32,000 nucleotides of DNA from an uncultured bacterium (GTDB lineage Bacteria > Margulisbacteria > WOR-1 > CAVSGV01). A program made the translations under genes and the position numbers. Location: NCBI GenBank assembly GCA_963699255.1, contig OY969425.1:630001-662000 (forward strand), read 5' to 3'. The notes below the pieces were generated by a model, which saw only the letters and a list, made by a program, of their open reading frames with translations, ran no database searches and was not told the origin of the DNA. Below are positions 1 to 7,708 of the stretch, one piece after another (the stretch's first letter is position 1; every line of letters starts with the position of its first letter).

Positions 1-452
1 CCTAGAACATTCGCCATCTCTATGGCGGACATGGCTGCCGCAAAACCCTTGTTGCCGGGCTTTGCTCCGGCTCTCTCAAGCGCCTGCTCCAGGTTGTCAG
101 TTGTAAGTATGCCGAATATTACCGGGACGCCCGAATCAAGCGATACCTTTGCGACGCCTTTCGCCGCTTCAGAAGCAACGTAATCAAAATGAGGCGTGCC
201 GCCCCTTATGACCGCGCCCAGACAGATAATAGCATTATACTTTTTTGCCGCGAGTTTCTTCGCGACGACCGGGATCTCAAAAGCCCCAGGAGCCCAAATG
301 ATATCTATTGATTCATCCCCCGCCCCGTGTCTTTTTAAACAGTCGAGTGCTCCGTCAAGAAGCCCCTTCGATACCAGATCGTTGAACCTGCTCACTATGA
401 CCGCGAATTTCAGCCCCGATGCGTCTAACTTGCCCTCGATTGTTTTTCCCAT
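1..452 (-). CDS. ribH: 6,7-dimethyl-8-ribityllumazine synthase, 3' end cut by window edge
   Basis: Absent from the ORF track because it runs off the window. My translation of the minus strand from ATG 452..450 gives [43 protein letters not shown]...[16 protein letters not shown]...[46 protein letters not shown], a lumazine synthase pattern. A GGGAGG SD lies upstream. It is the last gene of the rib cluster. Confidence 0.9.
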   Translation of the reverse strand, partial: MGKTIEGKLDASGLKFAVIVSRFNDLVSKGLLDGALDCLKRHGAGDESIDIIWAPGAFEIPVVAKKLAAKKYNAIICLGAVIRGGTPHFDYVASEAAKGVAKVSLDSGVPVIFGILTTDNLEQALERAGAKPGNKGFAAAMSAIEMANVL

Positions 453-1687
453 GCCCCCTGCCTCCCTTTCAGATCTCCCTTATTAAATGAGAGAATATGA
501 CCAAGCCTTTTTGACTTTGTCCTGAGATACCTAATATTATGCTTATTTGGAATAATTTCAAGCGGAATTCTCTGCGTAACGGTCAATCCGTAGCCCTCCA
601 GCCCGACGATCTTTCTAGGATTGTTCGTTATCAGCTTGATAGACGAAAGACCGAGATCCGCCAGGATCTGCGCGCCGATCCCATAATCCCTCAGGTCGGC
701 TTTATAGCCCAGGTCCTCGTTCGCCTCCACGGTGTCCCTGCCTTTATCCTGTAATTCATATGCCTTCAATTTTCCCAGCAGCCCGATGCCCCTGCCCTCC
801 TGCCTCATATAAAGAAGTACCCCCCTGTCGGCGCTGCCGATCATCTCCAGCGATCTGGACAGCTGTTCCCCGCAATCACACCTTAGCGAAGTAAAAACAT
901 CCCCCGTCAGGCATTCCGAATGCACTCTTACCAGGACATCCTTCTTTTTGCTGACGCTGCCTTTGACCAGGGCTATGTGATAATATCCTTCCAGTGTATC
1001 TTTGTAGCCGTGGAGCACAAAATCCCCGTATCTTGTAGGGAGTTTTGTCGTCGCGATCTTTTCTATCAGCTTTTCTTTTTTTATCCTGTATTTGATCAGA
1101 TCGGCTATGGTTATGATCTTGATCTTGTGCTTCTTTGAGAATTTCATCAGGTCGGGGGTCCTGGCCATTTTCCCGTCAGGCTTTATGATCTCGCATATTA
1201 CCCCCGCGGGCAAAAGCCCTGCGATGCGGGCCAGATCAACGGCTGCTTCCGTATGCCCCGCGCGTCTTATCGTGCCTCCAGGCATCGCCTTTAAGGGGAA
1301 AATATGCCCCGGCCTTACAAGATCGGACGGCCTGGATGACGGATTGATCAGAACCTCTATCGTCTTTGCCCTGTCTGAAGGAGAAATGCCTGTGGTAACA
1401 TCGAACTTCTTCGCGGCGTCAACTGAAACGGTGAACGCGGTCTTCATCAGTTCCGTGTTCTCGGAGACCATGGCCTTCAGGTCCAGCCTGTCTAGCTGTT
1501 CTTCCGTCATGGGGCAGCACACGAGGCCCTTTGCGTAAGATATCATGAAATTAATGGCGTTCGCGGTGACCTTTTCCGCGGCCATGACAAGGTCGCCTTC
1601 GTTCTCCCTGTCCCTGTCATCAAGCACGATGACCATCCTGCCGTTGGCGATATCTTTTGCTGCTTCTTCTATAGTATTGAATTTCAA
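425..1687 (-). CDS. ribBA: bifunctional 3,4-dihydroxy-2-butanone-4-phosphate synthase / GTP cyclohydrolase II
   Basis: 420 aa. The N-terminal half is DHBP synthase ([32 protein letters not shown]). The C-terminal half is GTP cyclohydrolase II ([32 protein letters not shown]). The 3' end overlaps the ribH start. Confidence 0.93.
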   Translation of the reverse strand: MKFNTIEEAAKDIANGRMVIVLDDRDRENEGDLVMAAEKVTANAINFMISYAKGLVCCPMTEEQLDRLDLKAMVSENTELMKTAFTVSVDAAKKFDVTTGISPSDRAKTIEVLINPSSRPSDLVRPGHIFPLKAMPGGTIRRAGHTEAAVDLARIAGLLPAGVICEIIKPDGKMARTPDLMKFSKKHKIKIITIADLIKYRIKKEKLIEKIATTKLPTRYGDFVLHGYKDTLEGYYHIALVKGSVSKKKDVLVRVHSECLTGDVFTSLRCDCGEQLSRSLEMIGSADRGVLLYMRQEGRGIGLLGKLKAYELQDKGRDTVEANEDLGYKADLRDYGIGAQILADLGLSSIKLITNNPRKIVGLEGYGLTVTQRIPLEIIPNKHNIRYLRTKSKRLGHILSFNKGDLKGRQGAWEKQSRAS

Positions 1688-2346
1688 TTCAAGAACCCGG
1701 TCCTTTTCAGGAAATTTTCGTCGATCTTCGAGTCCCTGAAAGCCACCAGTGAACCGAAATCCCTTACCTTTATGAGATTCTCCAGGTATTTGGCGAGAAC
1801 ATCATATTCAAGGTTCACCCGATCGCCTATCTTCTTATGAAAAAGGTTCGTCATGAGCGCCGTGTGAGGGATCAATGCGACCCTGAACGATCCAGGGAAC
1901 AGGCGCGAAACCGTCAAACTTACGCCGTCAACGGCTATGGAACCTTTTTCGGTAACATATCTTTTTGAGCTTTCGGGCAGGTTTATCTCCATTTCCCTGT
2001 CGGCACCTCTGCTGACGATATCGGTTATAGTCGACCTGCAGTCCACGTGACCCTGGACAATGTGCCCGTTGAACCTTCCCGAAGCCGGCATAGCCCTCTC
2101 AAGGTTAACGAACTCCCCTGCTTTTAAATAGGTCAGGGATGTTCTCTGGAACGTTTCCTTTACGATGTCGGACTTAAAGGACGTCCTTGTATTTTCAGAT
2201 ACGGTCAGGCAGGCGCCGTTCACGCAGATGCTGTCTGAGGGTTTTACATCGGCTGAAAATCTTGAGCTGATAGTTATGATAGCCCTGTCCTTGAACCTTA
2301 TAAGGGATTCGACTTTGCCAAGATCTTCGATAATTCCTGTGAACAT
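1684..2346 (-). CDS. ribE: riboflavin synthase (alpha chain)
   Basis: 220 aa starting MFTGIIEDLGKV, with a second lumazine-binding repeat (GHIVQGHVD). There is a 4-nt overlap with the ribBA start. Confidence 0.9.
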   Translation of the reverse strand: MFTGIIEDLGKVESLIRFKDRAIITISSRFSADVKPSDSICVNGACLTVSENTRTSFKSDIVKETFQRTSLTYLKAGEFVNLERAMPASGRFNGHIVQGHVDCRSTITDIVSRGADREMEINLPESSKRYVTEKGSIAVDGVSLTVSRLFPGSFRVALIPHTALMTNLFHKKIGDRVNLEYDVLAKYLENLIKVRDFGSLVAFRDSKIDENFLKRTGFLN

Positions 2347-2353
2347 AGAAGTG

Positions 2354-2741
2354 TTATTCTACCACAGCGGAGCCTAATATTCCATTTATGAATTTTGCGG
2401 ATTCCTCGTCAGAATATCTTTTTGCAAGCTCAAGCGCCTCATTTATAACGACCGGCCCCGGAGTGTCTTTTTCATAGATCAGTTCATACAGCGCCAGTTT
2501 TAATATGCTCATGTTGACGATATTTATCCTGTCGATAGACCAGTTCTTTGACAGGTCAGCGACCTTCTTGTCCAGAGCGACCTTGTTGACCTGTACGCCT
2601 CTGGCAAGTTGTCTCGCGAATGTTTTGGCTTCTTCGGTGACGCCATCTTCGAACAAATTATCGAGCGATCGATCGATGTCTGTTCCGGAGATATCCGACT
2701 GGTAGATCGCCTGCATTGCGAGGCGTCTTGCTGTGGATCTT

Positions 2742-2749
<8 letters not shown>
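2354..2749 (-). CDS. nusB: transcription antitermination factor NusB
   Basis: 131 aa. The sequence [11 protein letters not shown]...LALYEL...[11 protein letters not shown]...FINGILG fits the NusB family pattern. The start overlaps the accC stop by 8 nt. Confidence 0.9.
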
Positions 2750-4094
<1,345 letters not shown>

Positions 4095-4147
4095 TAATGA
4101 ATCTCCCTCTAATCAAATTCTGGGGGATCATCGGAACGAAGGTCCAT

Positions 4148-4176
4148 ATTATAGCATACACGCATGACAACTGCAA
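4148..4176 (-). promoter_or_regulatory. candidate sigma70-type promoter of the accC-nusB-rib operon
   Basis: On the minus strand: TTGCAG (4176..4171), 17 nt spacer, TATAAT (4153..4148), about 50 nt upstream of the accC ATG. Sequence-only prediction. Confidence 0.35.
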
Positions 4177-4189
4177 CTGTCAAAACTCC

Positions 4190-4220
4190 TTGACATTAGG
4201 TCTCAAATATTGTTTACTAT
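4190..4220 (+). promoter_or_regulatory. candidate promoter of the small SWIB-like gene
   Basis: TTGACA (4190..4195), 19 nt spacer, TACTAT (4215..4220), 31 nt before ATG 4252. The spacer is longer than optimal. Confidence 0.3.
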
Positions 4221-4251
4221 GCCCTGTTTTCAAGATACAGGAGGTGGAAAA

Positions 4252-4410
4252 ATGAGAAAGAGCGGATTGACCAATCTGGTCGTGTCATTCAAAGGAAGAA
4301 AAGAGACCCTGGAAAAAGTATTCGGGACCAAACCGATCCCCGTAACAAAGATGACCAAGAATTTGTGGAACATCGTAAAGAAGTTCAAGCTGTTGAAGAG
4401 GAAAAAATAA
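4252..4410 (+). CDS. small basic protein resembling the N-terminal half of a SWIB/MDM2 domain
   Basis: AGGAGG (4239..4244) lies 7 nt before ATG 4252, so I prefer this start over the TTG at 4210 used in the ORF track. MRKSGLTNLVVSFKGRKETLEKVFGTKPIPVTKMTKNLWNIVKKFKLLKRKK fits the SWIB pattern S..L..vfG..p.p.t...K.lW.yiKk..L. It stops right after an A6 run (4402..4407), and the second half of the domain is missing. Confidence 0.5.
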   Translation: MRKSGLTNLVVSFKGRKETLEKVFGTKPIPVTKMTKNLWNIVKKFKLLKRKK

Positions 4411-4536
4411 TCGGCCTTTAGACAAGGCTCTTTTCTCTCATCCATCTGCGAACGGTCGGATTGTATCCAAAATGTGATCCTCGCTCAAAACATATCACGC
4501 ATGATCGCGTTTTTTAAGTTATAATAAATACACCAT

Positions 4537-4713
4537 ATGATAAAAAACATAATAATTTTTATCCTGCTTGTTGCCGTGATCCTTGTTTCCGCTTTCGCGG
4601 GATATACATATTATAATAACCATGTTGCCTCCCTTAAGGAGAACCAGCCGCTGTCAGGCACGATACTGTGGCACGGCAGCAAAGATTCTTCCGGAGATCG
4701 CGTTGACCTTTGA
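4537..4713 (+). other. 58-codon ORF encoding a signal-anchor; probable displaced N-terminus of the downstream deacetylase
   Basis: Below the ORF-track size cut-off. ATG 4537 gives MIKNIIIFILLVAVILVSAFAGYTYYNNHVASLKENQPLSGTILWHGSKDSSGDRVDL*. The hydrophobic helix plus ...ILWHGSKD.. is what normally precedes EIALTFDDGP in NodB-type deacetylases. Here that motif continues in the +1 frame. Confidence 0.55.
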
Positions 4714-5320
4714 CGACGGGCCGTCATCGCAGGCCACCCCCAGGATCCTGGACATATTAAGGGATAATGATGTCAAGGTGACATTCTTTGTTGTGGGGAA
4801 GTTCATTGAAAAGAACAAGGACGTCCTGAAGCGCGAAGCCGATGAAGGCCACACCATCGGCAACCACACATTTTCCCACGCGAAAGGGACCATCACGGAC
4901 ATCAGCAAGATCAAAAGCGAACTTGTAAAGACCGATCAGCTGATCGCACGATATTCCGGCGAAAACGGAAAACCTGTAAAATACTTCCGTCCTCCTTTCG
5001 GGTTCGAGAACTGGAGGTTCCTGGCGGAGTCCGAGCTTCTGGATTACACTGTGGTGCTCTGGAGCCTGGATGTTGGCGACTGGAACAAAAAGAAGACCCA
5101 GAAGGATATAACATCAAAGATATTCAAACTCGCCAAGAACGGATCGATAATACTTCTTCACGACGGAGGTACAAGCCGGGAAGCCGTGATAAGCTCTTTG
5201 CCGGTGATAATAAAAGGATTAAGGAGCAGGGGTTACAAGTTCGTGACCATAGACGAGATGATAGCCCACAGGACCCAGCCCCGGCCGGAGCTATTGAATT
5301 TCAAAGCAATCAGTAAATGA
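4583..5320 (+). CDS. polysaccharide deacetylase (NodB homology domain / CE4)
   Basis: ALTFDDGPS, VKVTFFVVG, EGHTIGNHTFSH, RPPFG and LLHDG are the canonical CE4 motifs. The start is uncertain: the TTG at 4583 is only the ORF-track start. See the frameshift finding. Confidence 0.85.
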   Translation: MFPLSRDIHIIITMLPPLRRTSRCQARYCGTAAKILPEIALTFDDGPSSQATPRILDILRDNDVKVTFFVVGKFIEKNKDVLKREADEGHTIGNHTFSHAKGTITDISKIKSELVKTDQLIARYSGENGKPVKYFRPPFGFENWRFLAESELLDYTVVLWSLDVGDWNKKKTQKDITSKIFKLAKNGSIILLHDGGTSREAVISSLPVIIKGLRSRGYKFVTIDEMIAHRTQPRPELLNFKAISK

Positions 5321-5363
5321 CAAATCTCAAAAATGGATTTATAATTATCCGGTCTTTGAAAGT

Positions 5364-5435
5364 GCGGGCTTAGTTCAGCGGTAGAATGTCTGCTTCCCAA
5401 GCAGAAGGTCGTGGGTTCGAATCCCATAGCCCGCT
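5364..5435 (+). tRNA. tRNA-Gly (anticodon CCC)
   Basis: Manual fold. Acceptor GCGGGCT/AGCCCGC. D arm GTTC-AGCGGTA-GAAT. Anticodon stem TCTGC/GCAGA with loop TTCCCAA. Variable region AGGTC. T arm GTGGG-TTCGAAT-CCCAT. Discriminator T. CCA is not encoded. Confidence 0.95.
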
Positions 5436-5438
5436 TTT

Positions 5439-5513
5439 TTGATTCCCAAGCGAGAGGGTCCGAGATAATTTCGTCATACATTGATTATATTATGCGCAGG
5501 CAGACGAAATTAT
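5439..5513 (+). repeat. 75-nt repeat unit, copy 1 (starts with a tRNA-Gly anticodon-loop-like segment)
   Basis: TTGATTCCCAAGCGAGAGGGTCCGAGATAATTTCGTC...GACGAAATTAT. It is 68/75 identical to copy 2 by my manual count. It contains a perfect 12-bp stem (5464..5475 with 5503..5514). Confidence 0.85.
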
Positions 5514-5517
5514 CGAG

Positions 5518-5547
5518 CAGGGTTCGAATCCCGTCTCCCGCTCATAA
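5518..5547 (+). other. degenerate tRNA-Gly 3' fragment (T arm plus acceptor 3' strand)
   Basis: CAGGGTTCGAATCCCGTCTCCCGCT compared with GTGGGTTCGAATCCCATAGCCCGCT in the intact tRNA. The T stem no longer pairs fully, so it is not a functional tRNA. Confidence 0.8.
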
Positions 5548-5552
5548 ACTTA

Positions 5553-5627
5553 TTGATTCCCAAGCGAGAGGGTCCGAGATAATTTTGTCTTACATTGATC
5601 ATATTAAGCGTAGGCAGATGAAATAAT
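5553..5627 (+). repeat. 75-nt repeat unit, copy 2
   Basis: Offset 114 nt from copy 1 with 7 substitutions. It lacks a following T-arm fragment. Confidence 0.85.
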
Positions 5628-5644
5628 GAGGCGTCAAGTTGTTG

Positions 5645-5689
5645 ATATATGCTATTTGATTGTTATGAATAGCATATATTTGTTATAAT
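5645..5689 (+). promoter_or_regulatory. perfect 12-bp inverted repeat (candidate operator) plus -10 box of the 288-aa orphan gene
   Basis: ATATATGCTATT (5645..5656) and AATAGCATATAT (5668..5679) are exact reverse complements separated by 11 nt. TATAAT lies at 5684..5689. ATG 5696 begins 6 nt after the hexamer, and there is no SD. Confidence 0.5.
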
Positions 5690-5695
5690 TAATAT

Positions 5696-6562
5696 ATGTC
5701 AAAAGATTCCCTCGAAAACCTTAAAGATTCCATAGAAAAATCTGGATTCCCGTTAGAAATGCGTATAGGTGAAATGTTAACTGCTAATGAATGGCACGTA
5801 GACCATGATGCTCACTACTATGATTATGATGAATATAAATTTAGAGAGCTTGACATTAAGGCTTTTAAGTATATCGAGGGCATAGATTTTAATCTATATA
5901 TTTCCTGTAAGCAGAGTGCTGATAGAACCTGGGTATTTTTTTCTCCCAAATCCACCCCGTCATTGCTATCTAATAATTTAAAATATCTACCTGATACTTC
6001 CCCAACAAAAGGCAATCTATTAGCAAAGCTTCTTAGTTTTGCTGAACAGTCAATATTTTCAAAATATTTTAAAATGAATGACGCAATTTCATTAAAACAT
6101 GCATTATTTAAGGGTAACAAAACTATTGATGATTCAGATATCAGAAGTGCTCTGTTTAGTGCTACAAAAGCATTGTTTTCTGATAATCTAGGAATATTGG
6201 GAACTAAGTTTAGAAGAATTAATATCCCTATTATTATTTATGAAGGGAAATTGTTTGTTTATTCATATGACAAAAAACTCTCAGAAGTTAGAAGTTTGCG
6301 TTATTTACATTTTTGCCCTATTACTAACTTTCAAGCTTTTAAGGATTATGAAAATATAGGCAAATTATCTGATATATGGGGATCTAGGTATTTAGTTGAA
6401 ATTATGAACACTGACGTAATCTTAGATTATATTAATAAAATTGAATCGTTTGCTAAAGAATTGTCAAAAGAGGACTTGTCAGTATGGGGGAACCCTTTTG
6501 TTACTCTAAAGAGTATTATGCCAGATCCTATTAATAACAAAGATCCTAGTGATAATAAGTAA
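5696..6562 (+). CDS. hypothetical protein with an N-terminal restriction-endonuclease-like (PD-(D/E)xK) core; rest unknown
   Basis: 288 aa with low-G+C codon usage. GFPLEMRIGEMLTANEWHV...KFRELD53IKAF...LYIS70CK72QSADRTWVFF has the strand/D ... strand/xK spacing of the PD-(D/E)xK fold, with Ser where Glu is usual. I recognise nothing else in the protein. Confidence 0.6.
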   Translation: MSKDSLENLKDSIEKSGFPLEMRIGEMLTANEWHVDHDAHYYDYDEYKFRELDIKAFKYIEGIDFNLYISCKQSADRTWVFFSPKSTPSLLSNNLKYLPDTSPTKGNLLAKLLSFAEQSIFSKYFKMNDAISLKHALFKGNKTIDDSDIRSALFSATKALFSDNLGILGTKFRRINIPIIIYEGKLFVYSYDKKLSEVRSLRYLHFCPITNFQAFKDYENIGKLSDIWGSRYLVEIMNTDVILDYINKIESFAKELSKEDLSVWGNPFVTLKSIMPDPINNKDPSDNK

Positions 6563-6581
6563 ATATTTTCTCTTATTATCA

Positions 6582-6611
6582 AGCCTCCTATAGATCGTCT
6601 TAATCTTTTTC
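6582..6611. repeat. 30-bp direct repeat, copy A
   Basis: AGCCTCCTATAGATCGTCTTAATCTTTTTC, 27/30 identical to copy B at 7606..7635. Confidence 0.8.
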
Positions 6612-6656
6612 CTGAGTTATTTAGTCCGGTAGATTATTTATTAAACTTATTAAATA

Positions 6657-7085
6657 TTAAAAGTAAAACTTATATTTATAATATAGTCCAGCACTTGCCA
6701 ATGTAAAGTCTATTCCACTTTCAGAACCGCTTCCATTCTTAATAATGTATCCAATTTCTGATGAAATAGGCTTAATCTCTGCGAATACTTGATAACCGAC
6801 GCCAGCTGTTATAGCGGGCATACTAGTTCCCGGAGCTGACCAAGTCCATAATGAATAGTTTACTCCAGCACCTATCAATAGGTTTTCATTCGCCTTAAAT
6901 TTTAAATTTAAACTTATTGGAAATGAAGAAACCGAAGTTTTTGTCCCCGCGGCATTATCAAATGACCCATAAGTGCGTAATAAGCTTATTGAAAAGTCAG
7001 TGTAAATCCCTTCACTTAGCTTCCCAGCATAGAACCAATCTAAATCAAGTTGTGTTCCAAGGTCAAGTGTTTGAGATGTCCCCAT
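6657..7085 (-). CDS. outer-membrane beta-barrel-like C-terminal part of a PEGA-domain protein (reading frame stays open upstream to about 7300)
   Basis: Alternating-hydrophobicity strands end in ...LYYKYKFYF, with the terminal aromatic typical of OMP barrels. My translation shows this frame is stop-free from 7300 down to 7085 (PLYNEQIAVIAKEISTVAVSYELKAK...WGTGWGLSIGADNTNYTISGMGTSQ). Confidence 0.7.
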   Translation of the reverse strand: MGTSQTLDLGTQLDLDWFYAGKLSEGIYTDFSISLLRTYGSFDNAAGTKTSVSSFPISLNLKFKANENLLIGAGVNYSLWTWSAPGTSMPAITAGVGYQVFAEIKPISSEIGYIIKNGSGSESGIDFTLASAGLYYKYKFYF

Positions 7086-7153
7086 CCCACTTATAGTATA
7101 GTTGGTATTATCAGCTCCAATGCTTAGCCCCCAACCAGTTCCCCATTCATTTT

Positions 7154-7507
7154 TTACTGCTTCGTTTTGCTCTTTTCCTTTTTCCTTATTTGAAACATCT
7201 TTCTTAATAGATGTATTATTTTTTGCCTTGAGTTCATAAGATACCGCAACAGTGGAAATTTCCTTTGCAATGACTGCAATCTGTTCATTGTAAAGTGGGG
7301 TTCATCTTTCAAATTTACTACAACATTATGCATGCCCTCTATTATCTTTGTCGTTGTTGTTCCAGTGCCTACCTGTATACCATCGATAATTATTTCACAA
7401 TCTTCAGTTGGAGGCAGAACCTTTATTGTGCCATATTCTTGAGCGTAAACTGGGAGAGTAATTGAGGCAAACAGGAGGATAACAACAAACATAAGCAATT
7501 GCTTCAT
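7154..7507 (-). CDS. signal peptide plus PEGA domain; N-terminal part of the same gene, out of frame after about 7300
   Basis: GAGGTG SD. MKQLLMFVVILLFASITLPVYAQE is a signal peptide. GTIKVLPPTEDCEIIIDGIQVGTGTTTTKIIEGMHNVVVN fits the PEGA pattern. After NLKDE the ORF becomes a basic, low-complexity tail, which is typical of out-of-frame translation. Confidence 0.7.
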   Translation of the reverse strand: MKQLLMFVVILLFASITLPVYAQEYGTIKVLPPTEDCEIIIDGIQVGTGTTTTKIIEGMHNVVVNLKDEPHFTMNRLQSLQRKFPLLRYLMNSRQKIIHLLRKMFQIRKKEKSKTKQ

Positions 7508-7605
7508 TTAAAACACCTCAAAATGAGTGTATCACTGCCCAAACATTAATCAATTGCTTTTATGCAATTTAAGGTTGGCGATAGTGATTATTTCATGCCC
7601 TCGCC

Positions 7606-7635
7606 AGCCCCTTATAGATCGCCTTAATCTTTTTC
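7606..7635. repeat. 30-bp direct repeat, copy B
   Basis: AGCCCCTTATAGATCGCCTTAATCTTTTTC. It sits at the point where composition returns to normal. On the minus strand it forms the start of a 14-codon ORF (MKKIKAIYKGLARA*). Confidence 0.8.
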
Positions 7636-7652
7636 ATCCCCTGTTCCGCTCC

Positions 7653-7689
7653 AAAAAAAAGAGGCCCGGTTCGTGTGAACGGGACCTCT
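7653..7689 (-). terminator. rho-independent terminator after the 7709..8086 gene
   Basis: On the minus strand a GC-rich stem (AGAGGTCCCG / CGGGCCTCT, about 9 bp with one bulge) is followed by T8 (plus-strand A8 at 7653..7660). It begins about 20 nt past the stop codon. Confidence 0.75.
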
Positions 7690-7708
7690 TTAATGAAAGC
7701 AAACTGAA

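Noticed and set aside
4230-4445. A 71-aa minus-strand ORF opposite the SWIB-like gene.
   Set aside because: It has no RBS and the peptide is hydrophobic and low-complexity. The plus-strand gene has a consensus AGGAGG and a recognisable motif.
5411-5626. A 71-aa plus-strand ORF with an internal repeat (DSQARGSEII.SYID.I.RRQ.K twice).
   Set aside because: It starts inside tRNA-Gly and simply translates the two 75-nt DNA repeat units. It has no RBS, and substitutions between the copies are not biased to synonymous positions as far as I can judge.
5439-5627. Possible CRISPR-like array, given regularly spaced repeats near an accessory region.
   Set aside because: There are only two copies, the units are 75 nt at 114-nt period, the repeats are imperfect and tRNA-derived, and no cas genes are present. 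This is not CRISPR architecture.
7592-7636. A 14-codon minus-strand ORF (MKKIKAIYKGLARA*) as a real micropeptide or leader peptide.
   Set aside because: It cannot be supported from sequence alone. It is more simply the stump of a gene 5' end duplicated in the 30-bp direct repeat. It is mentioned under that finding rather than called as a CDS.
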